Origin: Bugula neritina
Taxonomy: Eukaryota > Animalia > Bryozoa
Length of the DNA stretch: 64,000 nucleotides
NCBI GenBank assembly: GCA_964035545.1
Contig: OZ037770.1
Span: 3,938,662-4,002,661 of the forward strand
Direction of reading: 5' to 3'
Shown: positions 10,810 to 24,017 of the stretch, in pieces
Layout: every line of letters starts with the position of its first letter
Numbering within the stretch: the first letter of the stretch is position 1
Program-made: the position numbers and the translations under genes
Notes under the pieces: model-generated
Database searches by the model: none
What the model was told of the DNA's origin: nothing
The model's input: the letters and a program-made list of their open reading frames with translations, nothing else

Positions 10810-13800
10810 AATAATTTGGTGGATTTCGGACAATTAAGTAGAAAACATAACTCTTTGTATTATAGAAAAGAGAGTGTCTTGAAATGTGAAGTAATAACTT
10901 TATTGATAGCCATCTGTAAGAGTTGTATATATCCAGCGAGCTCCAGCTGTAGAATGACTCTAAAAACTGCGAGCTTGCACACTTATATACTTAGGAAACA
11001 ATTCTTCCAGAAGATGCTACCAATCTTCGTCCAAAAATAAGTCATGTCAAGTGTGCCGGAGTCTCCGATAGGATGCTGACACTCCGACATGACCAACATT
11101 GGTCACGTCGGACAAGTCGGAGCTTCCACATGCCTGTTCTCAGACGAAGACCGGTTTACAGCATACAAAATTTAAATTGAAAAAAAAAGTATAAAAATAT
11201 TGTTGCAGTTAGGCTAAATAATAGTAAAGTTAAAGACAACTCCAAAACTTTCCCGACTCAACCTCCATCGAAAAGTATCTTTTTTGATAACTAGCAAAAA
11301 TGACACACAGTGAAATGAAATGTAACAATAAAATATAATAAAATAACTAAAGTATATACATGTCAAAAAGCAAAGAAATGAAGTCACACATAAATGTATA
11401 ATAAAATAAAACCAAATACACAAGCTACCACCAGATTAAATAACAAATTAGGTGAGAATATTGTTCATACATATATACAATAGTACATAGTATTGTCGCC
11501 TCTCTCCATCGGCCGTATAAGCTGAGACACTTTGTCTACATGGGGGGCTACATCTGCTGCCAGATACTTTTGATATTTTTTGACTTCTTCCCCTGGGTTG
11601 TTGTTGTTTGCTCGGGTACCGGACTGCCGTTCATCTGAGACAGAGTAAAGGTTGCCCGGCAGGCTGAAAACTCAAGAGCAAAAGCTACCTGTTTGTGGGG
11701 TTCCCCACGTGTGGCAAGATTAGGTTGCAGAACTCGAAGAATATATGGCTTCATCAACCACAAACACCTTGCCCATGTGGCAACAGGCTATGTGCTGGTG
11801 GGCAGTATATATTTCTGTTGGTAGGAATACTCACCACATGGTGAAATGCTGAGGGATCACGTGCAGTCTAAGTCTGCGGTGGATGGAAAACCTCCTCCTA
11901 CACTACTCACAACACATTTAGCAAATACGGAATTGTGCCTCGCTGGTTGGCTAGTGCTTCTGCATGGTGAGAGTCCTGGGTAGCCACAATAGCTACAATA
12001 CTTGACTGTTCACCTCTTCAGCATCAGGTTCCTCAGTGCTAATTATCTCACCGCCCAGCATGGTCTGTTCCTCTCCCGCAAACCGTTGCAGGTCTACTGG
12101 GTCAGGGACTGGCTTATCTGGGACGACGGGAGAGGCTGTAACTATCTGGGGAGACTCCTTTGAGCTGCTATTTCCATACATAGTTCTTGCAAGATTGGTG
12201 AGAGTCAATACAACTCTGACTGGCCTCCTCGCAAGTTATATTGGACTCTAAGACAGACAGCGGAGGCCGATTGTTGCCGATTGTTGCCGATCCCATTGTC
12301 ATAGAAATTTGGCATTTGTTTGTTTTGAGTTTTCATACACAGGTAGCTCAGGCATACCTAGGAAAGGCATCAACTCCGCCTCCTGATCTACAAGGTAACC
12401 ATATTGAAACTCTTCTTCCAGTTCTACCTTAGCGTTTTCACAATCCACTAGCTCAGTTTCAATCCAACTGAGTAATGTAAGTCGTGCTAGACTCTGGAGA
12501 TAGAAGATCTAGCGTTGAAGAAATACCTGGTTGACTAGAGCTAGTGGTTTCTGGCAGAGCAATTCCCATGATGTAGCAATAATTATCTGGAAAAACATGA
12601 CTGTTTGTTGTGGAGTCTTGAGTTGAAATGACCAAACCATGTGTCATCAGGATTTTATCTGACAACTCTGTGGTCACGTGACCTGTCACCCAGTTCACCA
12701 AACATCGCAGGGACAACTTTGATGATTGAAATTCCTTTGAATGTTGAAGCATATACCCATACTGGGTGTATACCTCTCCCATTTCGTTGGCCTGTGTCGA
12801 AGACTACAAATACTGATGAAGTTTGTTGTTCTGCGAGTTGCACAGGTGGAATGATCCTGCCCTTGCCCACCTCAAAGGTAGGAACGTCCTCTACCTCCAG
12901 AGTCACCGGGGCCAGCCCCAGAGCTAGCTGGGCTGAGGTTTTGATTAAGGGGCGGTTCCAATCCACGGTCTAGTCTAGGGATGTGGATTTCCCATTCCTA
13001 AGGTTGAGCTATCCTCCATCTCGTGATGGGCCAATGAGCTGGCTCCTGTTGTGGAGGTGCTTGTCCTGCAGCGTCGGGGCTTATCAAGAATTGCCCAGAG
13101 CAATCCACTCAATAATTGTGGCTGGGCAAAACCTCCATCACACAATAGGGTCCAACGAACTTGGGTCGAGGTTTAGCAAACTGGCTGTGATGCCTACGAT
13201 AACTGATCATCTAAACCCAGGCACCTACTTGAGAGACATGTCGCTTATGGTAGGATAACGCCTTCTCATGGTGGCACATCGGCCACATTAGCTATAGGAG
13301 CTACATCTGCTGCTCGCGATGACCTGCTGCTTTTTGACTTTTTTCTCTGTGTCGTTGTGATCTAATCAGGTACTGGAATGCTGCTCACCAGAGACAGCAC
13401 GAGCCATAGAGGCTGGGTAGCCACTGATTGGGTGGCAGTGGCTGGGGTGTTCTTCTCTTGGTCACCTCAATTTTTGACCGGTAAGCCAGAAACCCCAGAG
13501 CAAGAGCTACCTGTTTGTGGAGCTCCCCATCTGGCAAGATCAGGTCTCGGAACACAGGGAGTATGGCCTATAGACCAAACATCTTGCCCGTGTGGTAATG
13601 GGCTATGTGCTAGTGGGGCAGTATATAATCCAGTTGGCACGAATACTCACCACACCGACAATCGATTTTGGTGAAATGTTGGGGGGCATGCATTTTCAGC
13701 CCCCAGTGAGTGGAAAACCTCCGCCCACACTAGTGACTTTTGACATTGCCCTACTCACCACACGTTCAGTCAATCCGGAGTCGTGTCGCACTGGTTCTCC

Positions 13801-16800
13801 AGTGCTGCTGCGAACTGGACAGCCTGAGTAGCTTCAAGACCTGACTGTACTCCTCTTTGCCATCAGGTTGGTCAGTGCTAGCTGTCCTACCACCTAGGAT
13901 TGTCTGTTTCTTTCCCGCAAACTGTTGCAGGTCTATGGGGTGGAGGACATACTCATCTGCAATAGCAGGGAGGCTGTAACCATCTGGGAAAAACCTTTTG
14001 AGCTGTTATTAGCCATGCAAGGGTTCTGGAGAAGGTAAGATTAAATACAACTCCATCCTGCATCTTCACAATTCACATTTGACTTTAAGAGAGAAGGCAG
14101 AGACCGATTGAGGCCAATCTCATTGCTGCAGAAATTTAGCATTTGTTTGTATGGTGCCCTCGTATACACAGGTAGCTCAGCCATACCTAGAAGAGTTGTC
14201 AATTCCACCTCCTAATCTAGAAGCTAATCATGAAGAGACTCTTTTTTGAGTTCTACCAGAGCATCCTCGCAATCCACCAACTCGGTTTCAATTCAACTGA
14301 TTGTTCACTGATTACTGTAAGTCGTGCTAGATTCCAAAGATAGAGGATCTAGCCCAAAAGAAATACCTGGCTGACTAGAGCTGGTGGTTTTTTGAGTAAA
14401 TCTCATGCCGTGGCAATAGTCATCAAAAAATACAAGTCTGTTCATTGTGGAGTCTTGAGTTGAAATGACCGAACCGTGTGTTATCAGGTGTTCGTCTGAC
14501 AACCCTGCAGTCGCGTGGCCCGTCACCGTATTCACCAAATATTGTAGAGACAACTCTGATTATTGGAGTCTCTTTGAACTTTGACGCTGTTCTTTGGTCA
14601 CTCCACGGAAATTCCCTTTTATTCCAGGATTATTTCCAATATGGGATTTGAATTATTTACCTGTACTGGGTGTACAACTCCTCCCTGGTAGCATCTCCAG
14701 GTGCCAAACATGGTAGTCAGCCAGATACCCAGCGATCTCCTATTTCATTGGCATCTGTCCAGGCCTACAGGTAGTGATGAAGCTCGTTGTGCGGATTCCA
14801 CAGGTGGAGTGGTTCTGCCCTTGCCTACCCCAAGGGTAGAGACGGCCTCTATCCTGGAGTCTTTGGGGCAAGCCCCAGAGCTGACTAGGCCGGGGTTTAA
14901 ATTAAGGTGCGATTCTAACCCATAGTCTGGCTTAGGGAGCTAGGATCTAGATCTCCCATTTTTTGAGTTGAGCTATTCCGTCATTTTATAATAAGCCGAC
15001 GAGTTGACTCTAGTAGTGGAAGTCCCTACCCCGCAGCGTTGGGGCTGGCCCAGTATGGCTTCAGTCGCAGCTCACTTTGGACTGATATTTTTCCAGAGCG
15101 CTCCACTAAATAAATGTGGTTGGGCAAGACAACCAGCACACAGTAAGGTCAAACGAACTTGAGCTGAAGCTTGTCTGACTGTCCACAACACCTAGGATAA
15201 CTGATCAATCAAACCTCGTTCCCTACTCGTTTTGAAGTCACCAACCTGTTACGGAGGAGAAGTCTTCCAAGCCTCCTATTGGCACCTTCTATTGTTTCTC
15301 TTGCCAAACTTCATGGGCTGTACTTATCCTCTTTATCAGTTTCTCCATATACGCATGTAGTAAGTACTTGAGCACTGGAACATGGTATATCAGGTGCGCC
15401 GGAAACCTGGTTTCTCTGGCAAGCATCAAAAAGTTCAGGGGCTTCTGTGTGCTAAAGTGGGGCATGCTGCGGTAGGCCCGCATGATTTGTGGCAGCACCA
15501 CATTCCATCCTTTTGACTCCTGCTTAAGTTTAGGCTCCTGAGGGCATCACGCAACATCCTGTTGTTGAGTTCCACAATTTTGTTCACTTGCAGATGATAT
15601 GAAGTTTTTCAGCTCTAGTTCACCCCCTATATCTGGCAGAGGTAACCCATTAGTTGGGATTGAAACAGGGTACCCTGGTCTGTATGAATCTTTTCTGGTA
15701 ACTTGAAATAACAAATCACATGTAGGTCCAGAGCCTGAGCCATTGTGGGGGCTGACGTGTCTGGAATAGCCTGTGCGTTTGCCCACTGGCTGAAGTGGTC
15801 TGTGAGAACCAGTACCCAGGTGTTATCTCTGTCAGAAAACAGCATAGGACCGACTAAGTTTACCCCCAATTTTTGCCACGGTCGACAGGTATACAGCTGT
15901 GTTAACTAGTGTAGCCAACTGAGAACCTGCTCCATGAGTCATTGAAAAGTTGCCGGGCAACCAATTATCCACATGACAGTACTCTCTAGTTTCACAGCAT
16001 TCCAATCATGGGCAATGCATGCTGCCTGTTGCTTAGGGTCAGAACAGAGGGGTACTTGCCAGCATCCACTCAGCAAATCAAAGTACTCAAGTATTTGGTT
16101 CCTGCAAGGTATCAAAAACTCATCTATCCGATAGAGGGGATTAAAATCCTAGATGGTGACACGGTTGAGGCTGCGGTAGTTTAGGCAGAACCTCTAACTG
16201 CCACCCTTCTTTTTGACTAAAGCTACTGGTGAGCTCTACGCAGTATGGGCTGACTAAATCAGGTCCCAGTCAAAGAGGTTTAATACCTGTCGACTCACCT
16301 CCTTCTCCCTGCACTGTCATTGAGTTGGCTGTTTTATGAGCACACTGTTGGCTGCCAAGGAAATCTTGTGTCAGATGATTTTGGTCAACCCTGTGTCATT
16401 GCCTCTACAGCTGAATATGCTACTGTACTCCAGGAGTAGTTCAGCTGGTTCTTGGCACTTCGAGCAATTCTTACAGCTTCCACAGGGTCGTTCATACAGG
16501 TAAGCAACATACTCCGGGGATTGCTCCCTGTCTGGTCCCTGGGCGCTGGTCACTTTCTCCGACGCCATCCCCACATAGGCTTCTTGGATAAAGTAGTACC
16601 TCCCCACAAGGGCACTAGTCAGCAGTTCGATTGACTTTGTGAAAGGGTTGATGCATTGCCCGAGAAGCTCCTCCACAACAGTCTAGCCGATTCAGGTTGT
16701 TTGTCAGTTGAATCATCCTATACATCCCTTCCACCACTTCAAGCTTCGTAATCATCCTCCAGTTGACCGTTATGGTACCGTGCAGTCTTGTACTACCCGA

Positions 16801-18690
16801 GCTCTGCTCACCAAGGGCCTGCCAAATTTGTTGACAAAGATAAGTTTAGAAATCCATGTGACACTGGTGTTTTATTAGGAATGGAATGCCCAAGATGGCA
16901 TCCTCCTTCAAGTAATTGAAGATGAAGGTCTTGTAGATCACCCGATCATAGACTGGTGTAGGTAGTGTAATGATGCCGTAGAACGGAATGCCTGACCAGC
17001 CCACCTATGTCATTATGTCCACCTACATATGGCTCAATGCTAGTCCTCTCTCAAGCGCCAAGAGTGTCAAAGAGATGCCGACTCAAGATTTTTATGGTGG
17101 ACCTAGTATCCAGTAGGAAGGCTGCAGCTTTACCTGCAATATTATAAAGTAGGAAGTAGCTGCCACCGTACGGCTGAGTGCTCCTGAAGCAGTCAGTGTC
17201 TGGCAGAGACACTTCTTGAGTCCTTACGGCGGGCCTACTTTTCGACTTCACGACATTGGAGGCTTTTCGAGGTTTAGAGCGTAGCTTGGAGTCCTTTTCC
17301 GCAACTTTGTCGGGTAACTCCCAGAACCGGTTGCTGAGTGGCTAGGCAGAAGGTTCCGGTAGACTTTGCGGTCTTCTAGATCTTTCTAGTGCGTGCCATC
17401 CTAAGTCAAGAGACTCAATCTCAGTATTTAGTGACCAGACAGGAAGTTTGTGCAGACCTATCAGCCCCCGATATCTTTGAGGTGTCTGCCATTTGGCGTC
17501 GACAGGCTCCATTGGCATCCTTCTAAATGAGGCTGACTCTGGACCCACAGTTGGCGGAAGTTACCGCAGGTATCCGGTGTTTAGAAGCACCTTCTTTCAC
17601 TGTTGGGCATTCTCACTGCATGTGTCCATTTGTCCCACACACCCAACAAGTAAGTGGGGTGGTTCCATGACCAGGGCAAATGCCGATCAGCTTGAGTCTG
17701 TAGGCCCTTCATCGTATTCATCATCATAAGGAATTTTGTAGGGCCGGCGACACCGTGGTATCAGCCACGACTTGAAGTGCTGGCGTGGTGGGTTGGACCG
17801 CCTCCTGTCCTGTTTCTTTAGTTTGGTTAGCAGTTAGTCTTTCCACTTGGTAATAGGCTTTTTCCATCTCTACCGCTACTTCAATAGAGTCGACCTTAGA
17901 TGCCAGTAAGTAGCGCTGCAGTCCTGCATAATTCAGTGTCCTTAAAATCAACTCATACCCCATGCTCTGGGCTATTTCTTTTCTGTTTGGCTGTGAGCTA
18001 TCAATGACAACTTCTTTATCTGGTAAACATAATCCTGAAAGAATATCCTACGGTCTTTCCTGAGACTCTGGAGTTTTTCTTCAGCGTCCCGAGCGTTCAT
18101 ACCAAATCAAGTCCCTAAGCCCGAAAGATGTACGTGACCCACGCCGGGATCTAGGCTATAATACTTGGGCTTGTTCGTTAAGCGGGTCCGGAGCTAGAGA
18201 GGTCACTATTTGGCAATTGCTGCAACATCCTCAAAATCATTAATGAAGTGCTTAAGACGCTATCTTCAAAAGAGAGAAGAGGGTATTTTTAAATGTGTAG
18301 AAATAATTTTATTTAGATATCAGTTTCCAAGAGTTGTTTTTGTCTGGCGAGCTCCGGCCATTGAATGGCTTTACACTGCGAGATCGTCTCTCTATATACT
18401 CTGAAAACATTTCTTCCAGAAGGCTCTATCGACCTTCGACCGAAAATTGATCATGTAGGAGTCTCCAATCGGATGCCCGACACTACGACATGACTAAAAT
18501 TGGTCCTGTCGGACGTGGCGCAGCTCCGACTCAATTGTCCAACACTCTGACATGCCTGATCTCAGACAAAGACCCTTTTTAGCATAAAAAATCAAAAAGA
18601 AAAACAAAGAATATGCCCAATCTTGGACAAAGGCCATTTCTTTTAGCATAAAAAATATAAGAGAAGAAAAAAAGAATATCATTGCGCTAG
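10810..18690 (-). mobile_element. Decayed Ty3/Gypsy LTR-retrotransposon complex (gag-like, protease, partial RT, integrase, duplicated 3' region), copy A
   Basis: Protease-like AFLLDTRST (17051-17251), integrase-like NLVGP...LVLTDHFSQWA...PEKIHTDQG (15627-15869), RT N-terminal remnants (15900-16400), gag-like GLQRYLLA...AYYQ (17724-17963). Many stops and frameshifts. Boundaries approximate. Confidence 0.85.
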
Positions 18691-18699
18691 GTTAAATAA

Positions 18700-19110
18700 T
18701 AGCACAGTAATATACTGAAATATTGTAATAAGTTGTAATATACTGATCCATACTGTAATATACTGATACATACTTTAATACACTGTAACATACTGTAACA
18801 GACTGTAATATACTAAAAAATACTGCAATGCAACATAATACACTGCAATATACGACAATATAATGTAGTACACTGCAACAAATTGTCAGACATTGTAATA
18901 TCCTGCTTAATTTTTTGTAAGAACTGTGAGACACGGCAATACAATGTAATAAACTGTAATATATAGTGTAATACACTATAATAAACTGTAATAAACAGTA
19001 ATAAACTGTAATATACTGAAATATACTGAAATATACTGAAATATACTGAAATATACACTAATACATTGTTATACACTGCAATACACTGTAATATACTGTA
19101 ATACACTTTA
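18700..19110. repeat. Degenerate AATATACTG/AATACACTG tandem low-complexity array (also ~59450-59765)
   Basis: Direct reading. Confidence 0.8.
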
Positions 19111-19453
19111 CTAGACAACTCCAAAACTCCTCAAACTACACACTTCTAATCATATTCCCCAAAACCATTAGAATCAGTGGCTCTGCCCGCTAAGTTGCGC
19201 ATGATGCATTTATAGATGTTTATATAAACATAAACATATAAAATAAATAAACAGATACTTGTAGTCTGTATCCCCCTACTTTGTAGTACTGATTAGAGAC
19301 TTACCTAGTTTTACTATTTCTACTCTCAATATATATTTACTGCTGAGAAGAGATGATTACTAGAGGAGGGTTTAGAGTGATGACAGTGAGACAGTGAGGG
19401 GAAGATTCCTACACAACTAATAAAATACCTGTATCCTCTAGTCACCCGAACCA

Positions 19454-19582
19454 GTGTAAGCTAGACTATTAGTGTAAGGTAGAATATTAGTGTAAGCTAG
19501 ACTATTAGTGTAAGCTAGACTATTAGTGTAAGCTAGACTATTAGTGAAAGGTAGACTATTAGTGTAAGGTAGACTATTAGTG
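19454..19582. repeat. 18-bp minisatellite GTGTAAGCTAGACTATTA, ~7 units (only ~3 units in copy B, 60110-60165)
   Basis: Direct reading. Confidence 0.9.
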
Positions 19583-19991
19583 CTAAATATTTATGGTGAT
19601 TGTCAGCCAAGTCAGGAGTTGAATAAAGAACTTAGATAAATTAAAGCGCATACCCAGAGATCCAACAGTTGAAGTCTGAACCATCAAGTTACACATATTT
19701 TTTTACATTCAAGCACATACAATCAACTATGAAAATAATATTTATCTCTGTGAGAAGCAAATCATAAAAACAAAAGCAGTAAAAACAAGTAATGGATGAG
19801 CCAAGTAATATAGCATCTTATTATATGACTATAGCACAGCCATAATCATGTAAAAAAACTCACACGAGTTTATAGTCACCATCAATGTAGGAAAACTCCT
19901 GATCGAAGAGCTTTTGCAAAAAACGGGCTAAATGCTTATTTGGATGGGCACTGGAGCAATTACTACTGAATGCACTTCCTAACATCACTAA

Positions 19992-20067
19992 TGCCCTTTG
20001 ATGGGTTCAAACCCATGACCTTCGTGCTTACTAGGCAAACGCTCTAACCCCTAGACCATGCAGAGCC
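19992..20067 (-). mobile_element. tRNA-derived (Thr-AGT-like) SINE head or tRNA pseudogene; second copy at ~60578-60653
   Basis: Reverse strand GGCTCTGCATGGTCTAGGGGTTAGAGCG...CTAGTAA...GGGTTTGAACCCAT has A box, anticodon-like loop and B box, with poor stem pairing. Confidence 0.65.
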
Positions 20068-21099
20068 ATCTTCATATAGTTGACTTATAAATTGATTTAT
20101 GCAAATACAATCTCATTAAATTAAGTATCTCATTTGGTCGACACTTAGATTAAACGGGTTGTTAAACACAAATTTCATGTTTTTCCTATTGCAAGAAATC
20201 TATCCACCATTCTCAGTAATATAAAGCTATTTTGTTGGCAGATAAAATAAACCATATGCTTGACACAGAAAATCCTAAAGAAGCTGCGAATTTAAATGAG
20301 AATCAGCTAGAAATACTAATGGATGGTGTTCTTTAAATCAACTTATACTAATTATTAAGAAATGACTAAAATAGATTATAAAGAACATGTTACAGGTACA
20401 AAAGTAATGAAAACCATAACATAAAAACAACCTAAACTCCGGCTATAACAATAGCCTCAAAACTAAACTTTAGCAAACATACAAAACACTCATGAAGATT
20501 GGAACAAACCTTGAGCTCATTTAGTTTGCTTTTTCATACAAGTTTCTTCAAACATTCTATTTTGCTAAAAAAATAGATGTTGACCAATAACAGACTGTAT
20601 TGTATTGAGACAAGCAATGTAGCTATTGCATACCTAAACATAACTCAAACCAACCAGGAATACTACACAAAAACCTGTAACAAAATACAATAACTACACC
20701 TAGCTTAAACAGAAGTGATGGAACTTCTATAGCTGTATATATACCTAAACAGCTTCATTTCTTTTATGACCCAAATCCAATTTGACACATGCTAGAGTCT
20801 ATCCATAATAGCAGAGTTTCTAGAGGCCAAGTCCAAGAAATCACTAGTGCACTAAAAATTTATTATAATGTTTAATTCATATTACACACTATTGTTGTAG
20901 ATTTATGCTAATTTTGTCGTATTATTCATTGCATGAAACTGAGTGAGTTACTTAGCCAAAGCAATAACATGAGTGCAGTGACTCTTAGTTTTATTGTTTA
21001 TATACAAAAACAAGTCTGGTGCAATAGAAAGATCGAGCATGTAACTTCTCACAGGAAATAGTAAAAACTAGCTATACATATACTGTAGGTAAATCTAAC

Positions 21100-22600
21100 T
21101 GTGTCTTGGCTGGTAGGTAAAGTGGTTTTGTCCAGTGTCATACAGCTCCTCATCGGCTGCATTGGGCATTGCACCCACTTATATACCCATTTGCACTAGG
21201 AACTCTGCCCGACAATTTTGCCACTTTAGGTTGTTTGCCAGCTAAATTTTTCTGATTTGTCTTGCACAACTGCCAACTGGGAGACCCCTCTGTAGTTGAC
21301 TCTGCAGAGCAACGTACCTCGGCAGCGCCCGGGCAATGTGCTGTGAAGGTCTGCTAAATTTTTTACATGCTTACTTGTGTGAGTGCATTTGACACTAGTG
21401 TTCCTCAAGCAATAGCATGTCTAGAATGGTATCTTATATTAACTGATCGACATTGCCCAGTGCATCACCCGATCATGGACCCTTCCAGGTCGTAAAAATG
21501 TGGCGTAGCAAAAAATGCATGATCTGTCCATCAATGTACTATGTTCACCATCATGCAATTCAAGACCTTCCTTTTCTTTGGATGTAAAAAAATGCCCCCC
21601 CCCCCTCCATGAGGGCATTTTCACCAAACATGATTTTCAGCACACGGTACATGCAAGAGGAAATCATACAAGTGTGGTTAACTACTGATCGGCTCAGCCT
21701 AGTCATAGCTCTGGTGTGTTTTTTTGTTTTTACCGCATACTCCTCACTTCTTCCAGTAATATGGAAAACTTGGTTAAGGTCGGTGAGGCTGCGGTAGTGG
21801 CTGCCATCAAAAAAATTGGCTGGGTAGCTGGACCAGTCTTCCTCTATGCTAGCTCCATCTCTTGAGCACTTCCATCAGCCTTATGAGAGTCTCTGCTGCA
21901 AACTTAGGCCCTTAATCTGTTCAGAGCGACCTCGGTCGCCTATATTTCACCAATGAGGAAATGTCACTGCTGGCCACGATTATTACACAATTGTCAAAAC
22001 GCTTTAAAAGCTAGAGTCAGTCGAGTTTCAAAATCTAAGTTACCATTGACAACCTGGATGAGCTTTTGTACCGTGTTGGCATCATCGTGTAAGGATGTCT
22101 TAGGCTCTCGCCGTAGTCCCTGCAATCAGGCCTTTACATCACGTGTGGTCAGCTCGAATCGGGAGCGGATGGTTTCAAAAATTATAGTTAACATCAATAC
22201 CCACTCTGAAGAACATGATCTGGTCAAGCATGCAGAATGGCAGTTGAAGCAGCTCTACTGGTGCTCACCACTTGGTGATGGTGGCTATCTCTTGGAACTC
22301 CTTTACCGACTGTTCAACATTGCATTCTTCATCGAAGATCAGCGAGTGGGACCTGCTACCAAGTGGTGCCTGTCCGGTTGCCCAATTGTTTTTGGAGAGC
22401 TAAATCACAGCCTTCATTGTGAAGCTAATCCACCATCCAGTTCTGCCTCTTGTACTAATCTCACTGGATTATTCTTATCAGAAAAGTGCCAGCTTTGTCT
22501 GCTTAAAACAGCACTTCACAACTATGTTGGATTATTCAAGAAAAAGCTCATCTCAAAATGTATCTACAATTGGTGTGCTTAAATGATCTCCCTGCCCATG
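21100..22600 (-). mobile_element. Second decayed Gypsy-type gag/protease relic (inverted copy at ~62640-64000 on +)
   Basis: Minus-strand translation IFETIRSRFELTTRDVKA*LQGLRREPKTSL resembles the gag-like segment at ~18000-18120. Many stops. Confidence 0.55.
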
Positions 22601-23378
22601 CTCCACTAAACTTGATAGTTTTATATTTTCTAGAGCGGAATTAAATCAGGGACTAATGAAATGGTTATCATCATTTATAAATTTAGTGACAAGTACATTT
22701 GTAAGGTTTGAAATGTACAATATGTTATGATACTTAATACTAAGTTTGGAGCAGATGTAAATATCCCTTGGTAGTTGGTAGAAGTGTCCTCACTGACTGC
22801 ATTGCGCTTTTAACCCACTCATATATGAGGCTGCCCGAAATGGCTTTACCACAATCGCATGTCTAAGAGCCTCGGTCTCGAGTCAGCCAGCTCAGCACTC
22901 GAATTTCGAATTTTCATTCCGGAATTGGACAGCGCAATGAATGAAATAAGCAAAACAAAATATCATGCACGTGCATCGAAACAAAATGCAAAAGATACAT
23001 GAAGCTATTAATACCGTGAAAATAATAGTATGAGTACAATTTGGTTACAGAAAAATTTCACACAATAATCTTAAACATAATATTTACACAATTTGACCAC
23101 ACTATACAATTTGAGGTACGGAAGAAAATTGCTTGAATTTTGATGTATATTGGCTTAAAAATTTTGATGAAAAACTGTAAAAAGTGATGTATTTAGGTTA
23201 CTCTATTGCAAAAACACCCAGTGAAAGTTCCGCAAACAACCAGCAATCACATAAACAACATATGTCCTTGTTTATGACTTTAGTTGCTGCCAAAGTTACA
23301 ATTTACATCAAATTCACGTAGTTTTTTAAGGAAGCAGTCCATGCCCAACACTTGAGCTGACCAGTTAAAGATTCAAAT

Positions 23379-23732
23379 ACTAAGCCTAGGGCCACACTGT
23401 GCGTATTTTCGCATGCGAAAATTGAAATCACAAATAGCAAAGGTGTCAAATGTAGCGTCAGTAATGCGTGATAAATAAAGCTTTCATTTTTAAATCGCAC
23501 TCGCTTTCAATAAAACGCAATTTACTTGACTATAGCACTAAAATGAAGAAGTTGGGCTCGCTGAATAACTACCAGCCAATTAGGTGATAACGACAGAGAC
23601 GATTCACACTTGCGTTGAGAATGCTGAGCGACAAGTGCGAATGTTTTCTCAACGTGTACAGTGGACACCTTTGCTACTTGTGATTTCAATTTTCGCATGC
23701 GAAAATACGCACCGTGTGGCCCTAGGCTTAGT
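23379..23732. mobile_element. MITE with ~80-bp TIRs (ACTAAGCCTAGGGCCACAC...); inverted copy at 61507-61860
   Basis: 23379-23455 is the reverse complement of ~23655-23732. Each arm has an internal palindrome ATTTTCGCATGCGAAAAT. Confidence 0.85.
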
Positions 23733-23837
23733 TAATGAAAAATTATAGTAATATAGTGAAAAAGTACAATATATTCAAAGAATCGCCGAAGTATGTTTAC
23801 TTTTTTGCTTTTGAAAATTATTTATATTTATCTACCT

Positions 23838-24017
<180 letters not shown>

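Noticed and set aside
19992-20067. Functional tRNA-Thr gene
   Set aside because: The acceptor and anticodon stems pair poorly, the T-loop is mutated (TTTGA, TTGAG in copy B), and the two copies diverge freely. A SINE head or pseudogene fits better.
21953-22582. 209-aa plus-strand ORF (and 62595-63104)
   Set aside because: It is antisense to a decayed gag-like relic, has no recognisable motif, and its start and length are not conserved between copies.
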